Shown: positions 8,998-19,060, counted from the first letter of the stretch. The stretch is DNA of 64,000 bases from an uncultured SAR86 cluster bacterium (GCA_902525735.1 CABZIF010000002.1:5072-69071), one strand, 5' to 3'. Made by a program: numbers and translations. The notes: a model not told the origin generated them from the letters alone.

Positions 8998-10767
8998 ATG
9001 GCGGCTTTTATACCCGACGAATTTATTCAAAGATTGCTTGATGAAACTGACATTGTTTCGTTAGTTGATTCTCATATTCCTTTAAATAAAAAAGGGAAGG
9101 ATCACTGGGCTTTGTGTCCTTTTTGTGACGACGGAAGCAAACCCTCTTTTAGTGTGAGTCAACAAAAACAATTTTATTACTGTTTTAGGTGCAGAGCTTC
9201 GGGAAATGCAATTGGATTTTTAATAAACTATCAATCACATGACTTTCAAGGAGCTATAGAAATCTTAGCTAATAATGCGGGTCTAGAAATTCCTAAAACT
9301 GGAAACAACAAAAACTATGAAAAAAACAAAAAAATCATAGAATTGAACAATTTAGCTGCCGATTTTTATGCAAAGAATTTACTTAAAGATGGCAATGAAT
9401 CCGAGGTTAAGAACTATCTTTTAAATAGAGGAATAAATGAAGAAACAATTAAAACTTTTCAAATAGGTTTTGCCCCAGAAGGTTGGGATAACTTATTAAC
9501 TTTTTTTAAAAAAAACCTTGATTCAGAAGCACAAGAAATTGATGCAGGCCTTTTCAAAACCAGCGAAAAAAACAATAGGGTTTATGATGTTTTTAGAAAT
9601 CGAATTATTTTTCCTATCAAATCTCATAGAGATCAAATAATCGGATTTGGTGGAAGAGTAATTGATTCGTCTGATAATCCTAAATATTTGAATTCTTCTG
9701 ATTCTGAAGTTTTCAAAAAAGGTAGAGAACTTTATGGTTTGAGTGAAATTCTCAAAAATAAAAAAAGAGCAGATCGGATAATTGTTGTTGAAGGATATAC
9801 AGATGTGTTATCTCTTTTTTCAAACGATATTAGTTACGCTGTAGCCACCCTAGGCATAGCAACCAGCAAGGTCCATATTGATAAATTATTTACTCACGTA
9901 GATGAAATAATTTTTTGTTTTGATGGAGATGAAGCTGGGGTAAAAGCTGCTGAGTCTGCATTAAATACAGGCCTTTCAGGATTGAGAGATGGTAAAAAAA
10001 TAAGGTTTATGTTTCTACCTCAAGGTGAAGATCCGTCGAGCTTACTTGAAAAAGAGGGCAAAGAGCAGTTTGAAAAAAGAATAGAAAATTCAAAAGTGCT
10101 ATCTGAATATTTGTTTGAAAACATTTTAAAAAAATATGATGATTCCATCGAATCAAAAGCCTCGGCCATGAAGGAATTTTTAGACATAATGAAGTTAATG
10201 CCTTCTAGTAATTTTAAAAAAATACTGTTTCAAGAATTTTCTAAAAATTTAGGTGTTGAATTAGAAGAAATTAGACAACCTGAAAGACAAAGAGAACCTG
10301 ATGTTAGGACGAAAAAAAATCTATTGAAGGAAGAAAAAATAGAATTAGATAAAATTTCAAAAAGTATAATTAAAGTTTTAATGGATAGTCCAAATCTATC
10401 AAGCTTACCTGCATTAGACATTTTCTTAGAACAAGATTCTTTTATGGCCCAGTTTTTAAATTTCCTAAGAAGTAAAGAAAACCTAACTTTTCCAATGATT
10501 CTTCAGGCTTTTGAAGGAAAAAAACAATTTTTAATTGATCTGGCTGAAGACGAAAACTTGATAGCGCCAAATGAATCGAAAGATTATTTAATTCAAGCAG
10601 TTAATTATCTTATGAAAAACGACAAAGAAAATTTGCTTAGTCAACTCAAAGAAAGATATGAAAATGACTCTTTATCTGATCAAGATAAGATAGAACTAAA
10701 AAAACTTCTTATGAATAAATTTGATGATTTAGATGAGCGAGAACTTATGCTTCTCAAAAATGTCTAA
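8998..10767 (+). CDS. dnaG: DNA primase
   Basis: 589 aa. Zinc finger CPFCDDGSKPSFSV...YYCFRC, Toprim (VVEGYTDV, FDGDEAG), followed by rpoD. Confidence 0.95.
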   Translation: MAAFIPDEFIQRLLDETDIVSLVDSHIPLNKKGKDHWALCPFCDDGSKPSFSVSQQKQFYYCFRCRASGNAIGFLINYQSHDFQGAIEILANNAGLEIPKTGNNKNYEKNKKIIELNNLAADFYAKNLLKDGNESEVKNYLLNRGINEETIKTFQIGFAPEGWDNLLTFFKKNLDSEAQEIDAGLFKTSEKNNRVYDVFRNRIIFPIKSHRDQIIGFGGRVIDSSDNPKYLNSSDSEVFKKGRELYGLSEILKNKKRADRIIVVEGYTDVLSLFSNDISYAVATLGIATSKVHIDKLFTHVDEIIFCFDGDEAGVKAAESALNTGLSGLRDGKKIRFMFLPQGEDPSSLLEKEGKEQFEKRIENSKVLSEYLFENILKKYDDSIESKASAMKEFLDIMKLMPSSNFKKILFQEFSKNLGVELEEIRQPERQREPDVRTKKNLLKEEKIELDKISKSIIKVLMDSPNLSSLPALDIFLEQDSFMAQFLNFLRSKENLTFPMILQAFEGKKQFLIDLAEDENLIAPNESKDYLIQAVNYLMKNDKENLLSQLKERYENDSLSDQDKIELKKLLMNKFDDLDERELMLLKNV

Positions 10768-10861
10768 CCTATTGAAAAATGATTTTTAGACCGCAATTAA
10801 AAGTTATGATTAAAGGTCACAAAGTTATATAATTTCCAACCTTTTTTTAAGAACTAAAAAT

Positions 10862-12646
10862 ATGTACGACGAAGATATTGAAAATAATGGCCTGAGAGAA
10901 CTTATTGAAAAGGGCCGTGAACAAGGCTTTATCACGTATGCTGATATAAATGATTTTTTGCCTGATGATGTTTCTGACCCTGATCAGCTTGATGAGGTGA
11001 TCCAGATGGTAAACGATCTAGGTCTTCAGGTTTTAGAAAATGCTCCAGAAGATGGTTCAGATTTTTTAACTAATGCAGCTCAAAATGCTCAACCCGCTAT
11101 AACTGAAAATGAAATGGGAACCATTGAATCTGAAGTCGGCAGAACAACAGATCCGGTTAGGTTGTACATGAGAGAAATGGGATCGGTAGATTTACTTACC
11201 AGAGAAGGTGAGATCACAATAGCAAAAAGCATTGAAGAGGGCGCGAGGGATTTATTGCATGCTTGCGCACACTATCCTGGAATCATAGAAGAAATATTAT
11301 TGGAATACGCGTTAATTAAAAAAGAAGACAAAAGAATTTCAGATTTAGTAGTTGGATTTATGGACGAAGAAGATGAAGTTCTCCCTGGCCCGCAAGCAGG
11401 AGAACAAGCTGACGGAGAAGATGAAGAAAACACAGGAATAGATTTAGATGAGCTTAATAAAAGATTCTCTGCAGTCAAACGTTTATATAACAAATCCGAG
11501 AAAGTGATTGCTTCAAAGGGAAGAACAAGTCCAGAGGCTCTTAAAGAATTAGACAAACTAGGTGAAACCTTTAAATTTTTGAAATTATCTCCTAAAAAGT
11601 TCGAAGTTATCTCCTTGAGACCAAGAATTATGGCTAGGCAAGTCAGAGAAGCTGAAAGACAAATTTATAATTTGTGCGTTCAAAAAAGCAAGATGCCGAG
11701 AAAGGAATTTCTTGATTTATTTAAAGATAATTCTACAAATTTAAAATTTTTAGATCCAATTCTTAAAAGTAAAAAAAATTACGTTGGCGAATTAGTAGAT
11801 TACAAAGAAGAGATAAAGTCTATTCAGCAAAAAATTAAGGGAATAGAGAAAGAAATAGGCATGTCAGTAGGTGAACTTAAAGGATTAGCCGCAAAAATGA
11901 CAAAGGGAGAAACAAAAATTAGAAGAGCTAAAAAGGATATGATTGAAGCCAACTTAAGATTGGTAATTTCAATTGCAAAAAAATATACCAATAGAGGATT
12001 ACAATTCCTTGACCTTATCCAGGAAGGCAATATAGGTTTAATGAAAGCCGTAGACAAATTTGAGTATAGAAGAGGTTACAAATTTTCTACTTATGCTACT
12101 TGGTGGATCAGACAAGCGATCACAAGGTCAATTGCTGATCAAGCCAGAACTATAAGAATCCCTGTTCATATGATTGAAACAATAAATAAGTTAAATAGGA
12201 TTTCTAGACAGATGCTTCAAGAAAATGGTAGAGAGCCCACACCAGAAGAATTAAGCGTCAGAATGGAAATGCCAGAAGACAAAGTAAGAAAAGTTTTAAA
12301 AATTGCTAAAGAACCAATTTCAACAGAAACTCCTATCGGAGATGAAGACGATACAACCTTAGGAGATTTTATTGAGGACCCATTATTAGACTCTCCTATA
12401 GACTCTGCTACTGAATCAAATCTTATTGAAGCAACAGGTGGAGTTTTGGGAAGTTTAACAGCTAGAGAAGCCAAGGTTTTGAGGATGAGATTTGGAATCG
12501 GCATGAACACCGACCACACGCTCGAAGAAGTTGGCAAGCAATTCGATGTTACACGAGAAAGAATAAGGCAAATTGAAGCTAAAGCTTTGAGGAAACTTAG
12601 ACATCCCTCTAGATCTGGGCATTTAAAAGGTTTCTTAGACGAATGA
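10862..12646 (+). CDS. rpoD: RNA polymerase sigma-70 factor RpoD
   Basis: 594 aa. Acidic region 1, region 2 ([37 protein letters not shown]), region 4 ([30 protein letters not shown]). Confidence 0.97.
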   Translation: MYDEDIENNGLRELIEKGREQGFITYADINDFLPDDVSDPDQLDEVIQMVNDLGLQVLENAPEDGSDFLTNAAQNAQPAITENEMGTIESEVGRTTDPVRLYMREMGSVDLLTREGEITIAKSIEEGARDLLHACAHYPGIIEEILLEYALIKKEDKRISDLVVGFMDEEDEVLPGPQAGEQADGEDEENTGIDLDELNKRFSAVKRLYNKSEKVIASKGRTSPEALKELDKLGETFKFLKLSPKKFEVISLRPRIMARQVREAERQIYNLCVQKSKMPRKEFLDLFKDNSTNLKFLDPILKSKKNYVGELVDYKEEIKSIQQKIKGIEKEIGMSVGELKGLAAKMTKGETKIRRAKKDMIEANLRLVISIAKKYTNRGLQFLDLIQEGNIGLMKAVDKFEYRRGYKFSTYATWWIRQAITRSIADQARTIRIPVHMIETINKLNRISRQMLQENGREPTPEELSVRMEMPEDKVRKVLKIAKEPISTETPIGDEDDTTLGDFIEDPLLDSPIDSATESNLIEATGGVLGSLTAREAKVLRMRFGIGMNTDHTLEEVGKQFDVTRERIRQIEAKALRKLRHPSRSGHLKGFLDE

Positions 12647-12650
12647 AAAA

Positions 12651-12727
<77 letters not shown>

Positions 12728-12745
12728 AAATCACAAAATACAATT

Positions 12746-13432
12746 ATGAACAATTCTTTAATTTTTGGATCAACTGGATTTATAGGAACTAAAGTTGTAT
12801 CTCATCTAAAAAACTTTGAGGGTTCAACTATTACGATTAGCAGAAAAAAGAATCCAGATTTTGGAAGTAACGTAGACCAAATAATTGTTGAAGATTTTAA
12901 TTTGACAAATATTGATCTTCCTAAAATAGATAACGTTTTTATCTGTTTGGGGACAAAACTCAGGGCCTGGGAGCTGATTTTCATGAGCAAAGAAAAAAAA
13001 GATATTTTTATTAAAACTGATCTTGATCTTATTATTTACGCTGCAAAGAAAGCTAAAGCTTCTGGCGCGAAGACTATTTCCTTGGTTTCGGCAGTTGGAG
13101 TCAAAGAGGGATCTTTAAACACTTACATGGATATCAAAGGAAAAGTAGAAAATGAAATAATAAAATTAGAGTTTGAATCAACTAATTTTTTTAGACCAGG
13201 ACATCTTCAAGGAAAAGCTTCTTTTGAAAAATGGGATACAGCCGTAGCAGATTTTTTTTCTAAAATTATGGATGTGTTTTTGGTGGGCCCTTTTACAAAA
13301 TTTAAAAGCATAAAAGGGGACGCAGTGGCTATGGCTATGGTTAACGAAACGCTTAATAGCAAACCAGGAATTAATACTTTTTATTTCAAAGAAATGATCC
13401 AATCATTTATTAGAGCGACTCCTTCTGAATGA
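12746..13432 (+). CDS. NAD(P)H-binding Rossmann-fold oxidoreductase (atypical SDR/HTATIP2-like)
   Basis: 228 aa. N-terminal LIFGSTGFIGTKVV glycine-rich dinucleotide motif. No more specific family is recognisable by eye. Confidence 0.6.
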   Translation: MNNSLIFGSTGFIGTKVVSHLKNFEGSTITISRKKNPDFGSNVDQIIVEDFNLTNIDLPKIDNVFICLGTKLRAWELIFMSKEKKDIFIKTDLDLIIYAAKKAKASGAKTISLVSAVGVKEGSLNTYMDIKGKVENEIIKLEFESTNFFRPGHLQGKASFEKWDTAVADFFSKIMDVFLVGPFTKFKSIKGDAVAMAMVNETLNSKPGINTFYFKEMIQSFIRATPSE

Positions 13433-14406
13433 GACAATTTCCTTCCTGATTCGGGCATCATTACTCCAGGATCCAAAGAATCCATTCTATGCAATAAAAT
13501 CGACTCGTTCGGCTTACCTGGAACAATAGAAAACTTCATACCCTCGCTAGCTCTTCCTGCTGCAACTGGTTTTTTATAAATTCCTATTTTTCTGTCTTCG
13601 GATTCAGTTAAATTTAAATTCAATCCAGTCGTATCAGCTGAGCCACCAGGCATATGACAATGACCACAATTGATATCTAAATATGCTCTAGCTTTTGCAG
13701 TAAGCGGGGCAGCGTCATCTGACCAATTAACTATTAAATCGAGTGGAACATGGTCCTCGACAATTTCTTTTTCCATCCAAAAAGAAATCTGATTGGCTAA
13801 TTTTTCTTCATATTGGATAGAGAAATTTAGATTTCGAGACTTAGGACCAATTGGCATAATGGCGTTACTTTTTAAATGACATTCTTTGCATTGATTTTGA
13901 TTTGGAACCCTGTAGTTAACGTATTTTTTTTCTCCATCCAAAAAATACATCATGGATGCATGAGTATGACCAGTTACTTTTAAATATGCTTCTGTTTGTT
14001 CCTTATTCCAAACATAGGTGTGTGCTGCCCATCCTGATTCCTGATTAAGTAGCAATCTAGTCTCTAATAACATTCGGCTGCCGTTAAGTGCTTGCGGATA
14101 AGAAAAGGTTTTTATTAGAGCCGAACCTACAGGAAAATCATATACTTCATTGGGAATAAATTTAGCCTTTTTTCCTTTGGGTACGTAAACAAATCTGTGT
14201 TTATCCGCATAATCTGAAAACAAAGCAGAATGAAGAACATATGGTAAAACATTTTCCATAGGTATTTGTGCAACTGCGTCATTAAAAAACTCATAATCGG
14301 AGAGTTTTTTTTCAGGTTTTTTAGAAAGAATAGCCTCTTGATTTACCGAATTCACACAAAGAGAAAATAGAAAAAGAAAAACCAGAAAAGATTTTTTTAA
14401 TTCCAT
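13381..14406 (-). CDS. secreted diheme c-type cytochrome, function unknown
   Basis: 341 aa with an N-terminal signal peptide (MELKKSFLVFLFLFSLCVNS) and exactly two heme-attachment motifs, CKECH and CGHCH. The start overlaps the upstream beta-helix gene by 10 nt. Confidence 0.75.
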   Translation of the reverse strand: MELKKSFLVFLFLFSLCVNSVNQEAILSKKPEKKLSDYEFFNDAVAQIPMENVLPYVLHSALFSDYADKHRFVYVPKGKKAKFIPNEVYDFPVGSALIKTFSYPQALNGSRMLLETRLLLNQESGWAAHTYVWNKEQTEAYLKVTGHTHASMMYFLDGEKKYVNYRVPNQNQCKECHLKSNAIMPIGPKSRNLNFSIQYEEKLANQISFWMEKEIVEDHVPLDLIVNWSDDAAPLTAKARAYLDINCGHCHMPGGSADTTGLNLNLTESEDRKIGIYKKPVAAGRASEGMKFSIVPGKPNESILLHRMDSLDPGVMMPESGRKLSHSEGVALINDWIISLK

Positions 14407-15614
14407 TTTGAGATCGGAGGTAGGTTTGTAATTGATCCTTTAAATTCGCTCTTATCTCTTGATGGAGAATGAAAAAAAGGAAAAGCTACGTACCAAAAGA
14501 CATCCAAATCTAAGAAATTCGTATCACTAGATTCTTCAATGATTATTTTTTCTTTTTCTGGTTGACCAAAAAATAATTCGCTCATAGGCAACAATCCATC
14601 CCAAATAATGTCAGGCATATCACCTTTTGCAATATCCATTAAAATTGGTGAAAGATCTCCTCTAGAAACATCCGGTTTCATGCCAACGTTTGAGTATTGA
14701 TTGTTGTGAATTTGAATTCCTTTTGGAAAAGGATCGTAATTATCATCTCCCGATTCTAAATCTCCGGCTACTACAGCGATATGTACGGTCTGATTATTAT
14801 CAAAACTATTATCAAAAACTTCTACGTTTCTATTTGCCATAATAATAAGGCCAGTTCCACTGGGAACTAATCCAACTATGTTACCTTCTGGAGCGAAATT
14901 ATCGGTATTATTATTAAAAGATTTGTTCTGAAAGACTCTTACGAACTTACCTCCTTGCTTCGGAAGGTTAGGAAGATCAAAAATTAAAATGCCACCAGTA
15001 TTGTTAGTAGCAATATTATTATAAACATCTGCGTAATAAGAATTTTCGATTTCTATTCCAGCTACATTAAATTCGGCCCTACTATTTCTTACTACTATCT
15101 GCTCTGACTGTCCTACATATACTCCTGCATCAGAGGCACCAATAGCAACGCAACCATCAATGAGAACTCCAATAGATTCGACAGGATAAAGCCCATAGGC
15201 ACCATTTTTAGAATCTGGACCATTTGTCCATTCAGTTCTAACCTTGATAAAACTAATATTTTTTACTCCCTTAGATTTAATTGCATCTCCTTTTGCGTTC
15301 TCGATCGCAAAGTCTTGCATAAGAACATTATCTGAGGTCACTAATAAACCCTGAGCCCCTGTTTCTTGATTACTAAAATCTAAAATGGTCTCATACATGC
15401 CTTCTCCGACAATAGAAACATCGCTAACATCAAGAGATAGGCCATGATTAAGCTCATAAGTTCCTTTAGATAAAGAAATTACGTCTCCAGGCTCTGCAAG
15501 AATGAGAGCCTCTTGAATTTCATTTTGCGCATTTGGACTAGGTTGAATTATCCATTCCTCAGAAAAAATATTAGAAATAAAAAAGAAGAAAAGAAAAAGC
15601 CTAATAAATTTCAT
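14397..15614 (-). CDS. secreted parallel beta-helix repeat protein (NosD/pectate-lyase-fold), function unknown
   Basis: 405 aa with a signal peptide (MKFIRLFLFFFFISNIFS). It has successive PbH1-type turns (GAYGLYPVES.., GASDAGVYVGQSEQIVVRNS, NVAGIEIENSYYADVYNN, NNTGGILIFDL). Confidence 0.75.
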   Translation of the reverse strand: MKFIRLFLFFFFISNIFSEEWIIQPSPNAQNEIQEALILAEPGDVISLSKGTYELNHGLSLDVSDVSIVGEGMYETILDFSNQETGAQGLLVTSDNVLMQDFAIENAKGDAIKSKGVKNISFIKVRTEWTNGPDSKNGAYGLYPVESIGVLIDGCVAIGASDAGVYVGQSEQIVVRNSRAEFNVAGIEIENSYYADVYNNIATNNTGGILIFDLPNLPKQGGKFVRVFQNKSFNNNTDNFAPEGNIVGLVPSGTGLIIMANRNVEVFDNSFDNNQTVHIAVVAGDLESGDDNYDPFPKGIQIHNNQYSNVGMKPDVSRGDLSPILMDIAKGDMPDIIWDGLLPMSELFFGQPEKEKIIIEESSDTNFLDLDVFWYVAFPFFHSPSRDKSEFKGSITNLPPISKWN

Positions 15615-15651
15615 CGTAAAGTTTTAAAAGCCTAATTGTAATAAAACTTTG

Positions 15652-15680
15652 TTGAAAGATACAATGAGAATGATTATCAT
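15652..15680 (+). promoter_or_regulatory. sigma70-type promoter for fbpABC (TTGAAA-17 nt-TATCAT)
   Basis: -35 TTGAAA at 15652-15657, 17-nt spacer, -10 TATCAT at 15675-15680, about 30 nt upstream of the fbpA ATG. The Fur box overlaps the spacer and -10. Confidence 0.5.
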
Positions 15681-15684
15681 TCTT
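15666..15684. promoter_or_regulatory. Fur box in the divergent beta-helix/cytochrome and fbpABC intergenic region
   Basis: GAGAATGATTATCATTCTT matches the 19-bp consensus GATAATGATAATCATTATC at 15 of 19 positions (hand count). Confidence 0.65.
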
Positions 15685-15710
15685 TCTTTTTATAACTCTT
15701 ACTTTTTTCA

Positions 15711-16730
15711 ATGAAGATCAAATTAACTATTTTTTTATTTTTTATAGTAACCGAAGTTAGTTTTGCCTCGGAAGTTAATGTTTATACTTCGAGACATTAT
15801 GATACTGATGAAAACTTATATGATATTTTTACCGAAGAAACAGGTATTAAAGTGAATATAATTACCGCAAAAGGTAACGCCTTGATAGAAAAAATAAAAG
15901 CAGAAGATTCCAATACACTAGCCGATGTTTTTATTACCGTAGATGCAGGAAATTTATGGAAACTTCAAAAGGAAGGTTTTTTCCAAAGCATCGAATCAAC
16001 TAAAATTAAAGATACAGTTCCAAAAAGACTCAGAGGTCCAAATGATGAGTGGGTAGGGTTGGCAAAGAGGTCTAGGGTTATTTTTTATAATCCTGATAAA
16101 GTTTCAAGCGTCGAATTAGACAATCTTTCTTACGAGAATCTCTCAGATTCTAAATGGAAAGGTAGAGTAGCTATAAGAAGCTCAAACAATTTATATAATC
16201 AATCTCTAGTTGCATCTTTAATAGCCCATCACGGAATAGAAAAAACAGAAAAATGGGCTAAAGGCTTTGTTAATAATTTTGCAAGAAAACCTCAAGGCAA
16301 TGATAGGGCTCAAATAATAGCGGTAGCAAATGGGGAAGCAGATATTGCCATAGCAAATAGTTACTACATTGGATTAATGTTGTCTGGTGAAAAAGGAGAA
16401 GCTCAAAAAAAAGCGGCGATGAAAGTTGGTCTACATTTTCCCAATCAAAGTGGACGAGGTACACACATTAATATTAGTGGAGCTGGAATAATTAAGTATT
16501 CAAAAAATAAAGAAAACGCAGAAAAATTTATTGAATTTCTTCTTTCAAAAAAAGCACAAACACACATAATTAACAATACTTATGAATATCCGATTTTAGA
16601 AAACGTTAAGCCTAATAAAAATATTTTAATTTTTGGCGAAGACTTTAGAGAGGATAGTCTTTCTGTAACAAATTATGGAAAATTTAATCCAGAGGCTGTC
16701 AAGCTTATGGATAGAGTAGGGTGGCAATAA
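15711..16730 (+). CDS. fbpA: Fe(3+) ABC transporter periplasmic substrate-binding protein
   Basis: 339 aa with a signal peptide. The N-terminus ...VNVYTSRHYDTDENLYDIFTEETGIKVN... is typical of the FbpA/AfuA/FutA family. It is followed by the permease and ATPase. Confidence 0.85.
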   Translation: MKIKLTIFLFFIVTEVSFASEVNVYTSRHYDTDENLYDIFTEETGIKVNIITAKGNALIEKIKAEDSNTLADVFITVDAGNLWKLQKEGFFQSIESTKIKDTVPKRLRGPNDEWVGLAKRSRVIFYNPDKVSSVELDNLSYENLSDSKWKGRVAIRSSNNLYNQSLVASLIAHHGIEKTEKWAKGFVNNFARKPQGNDRAQIIAVANGEADIAIANSYYIGLMLSGEKGEAQKKAAMKVGLHFPNQSGRGTHINISGAGIIKYSKNKENAEKFIEFLLSKKAQTHIINNTYEYPILENVKPNKNILIFGEDFREDSLSVTNYGKFNPEAVKLMDRVGWQ

Positions 16731-16778
16731 ATTCATTAATTAGTTTTTTCTTATTGATTTAAAGATTAATATTTATTT

Positions 16779-18401
16779 GTGTTTTACAAAGCTAAATTAT
16801 TAAGTCCTTGGACTTTATTGCCATTATTGATCTTTTGTTTATTTGCAAGCCCAGTTCTCATTGTTTTAGCTAGTCTATTCGGAGAATATTCCGATAATTG
16901 GATTCACCTTTACAATTATGTTCTTGGTGATTATGTATACAATTCTTTTTTATTGATTATTGGCGTCTCATCTATTTCTCTTTTTTTAGGCATTGGAACG
17001 GCTTGGTTGACGTCAAATTTCAGTTTTTTTGGAAAAAATTTTTTTGATTGGGCATTAATCTTACCTTTAGCAGTTCCTCCTTATATTCTTGCTTACACAT
17101 TTACAGGTTTGTTTGATTCTTATGGAACTGCAAACAATTTAATTAGAGAGATTTTTTTACTCAACTCTGAATATATTTTTTTTCCTAATGTAAGAAACAT
17201 TTATGGGGCAATAATTGTTTTTTCTTTTACTTTATATCCTTACATTTATTTAGCGACAAGAATTGCTTTTATAAATCAATCAAGATCATTGAGAGAAGTG
17301 GGGGAGACCCTTGGCTTTAGCAAATTTGGAGTCTTCTTTAAGCTCGTTTTACCGATGATTAGACCAGCGATTATAGGGGGATTAATGCTAGTCATCATGG
17401 AAACTTTATCTGATTTTGGAGCAGTAGAACATTTTGCTATTCAGACTTTTACAACTGGTATTTTTAGAACTTGGTACGGGATGTATGATTTACAAACTGC
17501 AATGCAACTATCTTCATTGCTATTGATTTTTATTACTTTTTTCTTGGTCCTAGAGAGATATTCTAGAAACAATATTTCTTATACCTCCGGATCGCCTACT
17601 TATGGAAAAATTGAGAATAAACCATTAACTGGAGGAAAAAATATCTTGGCTTTTTTATTTTGTCTTACACCGCTATCAATAGGGTTTATATTACCAATAT
17701 CCGAACTAACAAATTGGGCTTTAAACTACAAGTTAGATTTTTTCGAGGCAAACTTTATCAAAAATTCTTTTAATACTATTTATTTAGCTTTATTAGCAGC
17801 AGTATTTTGTTCTTTTGTTGCTCTGATTATTAATTTTTCTGGACGGATCCAAAGAAGTAAATTCTTTGGTTTCTTAAGCTCTACTCTTGCATTGGGCTAT
17901 GCATTGCCGGGCATCATATTAGCTATTGGTATTATGCAACTATTTATTTTTCTAGATAATAATTTAAGTTTTTTAAATTTTGTTTTTACTGGCTCTGTCT
18001 TGGGCCTATTGGTTGCTTATGTAATCAAAGCTTATGCTATGTCAAATACATCTATTGAGTCAGGTTATATTAGGATAAGTCCTTATATGGAAGATGTCGC
18101 TAAAACCTTAAGAGCGTCTAATTTTAAAATACTTACACGAATACATTTGCCACTTTTAAAAACAAGTTTCTTAACCAGCATAGTTTTGGTAATTTCAGAA
18201 GTCATCAAAGAGCTTCCTGCAACTTTAATTCTTAGACCATTTAATTTTGATACTCTTGCAGTATCAACTTATATTTATGCTTCTGAAGAAAGAATGTATG
18301 AAGCTGCAGCGCCAGCAGTTGCAATTGTTCTCGTAGGATTAATACCAATTTATTTTTTAACTAAAACTATAAGATCTTCAAGACCAGGAAAAGAAAATTA
18401 A
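16779..18401 (+). CDS. fbpB: Fe(3+) ABC transporter permease (duplicated 6-TM type)
   Basis: 540 aa polytopic protein with two BPD-transporter halves. GTG start. Confidence 0.85.
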   Translation: MFYKAKLLSPWTLLPLLIFCLFASPVLIVLASLFGEYSDNWIHLYNYVLGDYVYNSFLLIIGVSSISLFLGIGTAWLTSNFSFFGKNFFDWALILPLAVPPYILAYTFTGLFDSYGTANNLIREIFLLNSEYIFFPNVRNIYGAIIVFSFTLYPYIYLATRIAFINQSRSLREVGETLGFSKFGVFFKLVLPMIRPAIIGGLMLVIMETLSDFGAVEHFAIQTFTTGIFRTWYGMYDLQTAMQLSSLLLIFITFFLVLERYSRNNISYTSGSPTYGKIENKPLTGGKNILAFLFCLTPLSIGFILPISELTNWALNYKLDFFEANFIKNSFNTIYLALLAAVFCSFVALIINFSGRIQRSKFFGFLSSTLALGYALPGIILAIGIMQLFIFLDNNLSFLNFVFTGSVLGLLVAYVIKAYAMSNTSIESGYIRISPYMEDVAKTLRASNFKILTRIHLPLLKTSFLTSIVLVISEVIKELPATLILRPFNFDTLAVSTYIYASEERMYEAAAPAVAIVLVGLIPIYFLTKTIRSSRPGKEN

Positions 18402-18403
18402 CT

Positions 18404-19060
18404 ATGTTGAAAGTAGAAAACGTATTTCATTCTTATAATCAAAAAGAAGATATTTTAAAAGGTATAAATCTTGATGTTTCAAAAGGAGAAATAATATCTA
18501 TTTTGGGAGGTTCAGGATCGGGCAAAACCTCTTTTTTAAGAATCCTCTCTGGTTTGGAAAGACCGCATAAAGGAAAAATAGAGATTGATGATGTTTTGAT
18601 TGTTTCTGAAAATTATTTTTTGCCGACTTATAAAAGAAACATCGGCCTTGTTATTCAAGAAAAGGGGCTATTTCCTCACTTAAATATTTTAAAAAATGTT
18701 TGTTTCGGCTTATTAGGCTCAAAAGAAGAAAAAAATAAAGTTGCTATTGATTTATTAACTACCTTTAAGGTTAATCAATATCAAGATCAATATCCAAATA
18801 GCCTATCAGGCGGCGAACAGCAAAGAGTTGCCATAGCGAGAGCATTAGCACCGAAGCCTAAGGTATTGTTAATGGACGAGCCATTTGGATCTTTAGATAG
18901 GGCTTTAAGAGAAAGCCTAAGAGAAGAAACCAAGCTTTTCTTAAAAAGTAACCGAATTACTTGCTTAATGGTTACTCATGATGAAGAAGATGCTCTATCT
19001 ATGAGTGATCAAATATTTCTCTTAAAGGACGGAAAACTAAATATTCATCAGCAATTGTAA
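18404..19060 (+). CDS. fbpC: ABC transporter ATP-binding protein (FbpC-like, NBD only)
   Basis: 218 aa. Walker A GGSGSGKTS, signature LSGGEQQRVAIARAL, Walker B LLMDEPF, H-loop VTHD. It has no C-terminal regulatory/TOBE-type domain. Confidence 0.85.
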   Translation: MLKVENVFHSYNQKEDILKGINLDVSKGEIISILGGSGSGKTSFLRILSGLERPHKGKIEIDDVLIVSENYFLPTYKRNIGLVIQEKGLFPHLNILKNVCFGLLGSKEEKNKVAIDLLTTFKVNQYQDQYPNSLSGGEQQRVAIARALAPKPKVLLMDEPFGSLDRALRESLREETKLFLKSNRITCLMVTHDEEDALSMSDQIFLLKDGKLNIHQQL

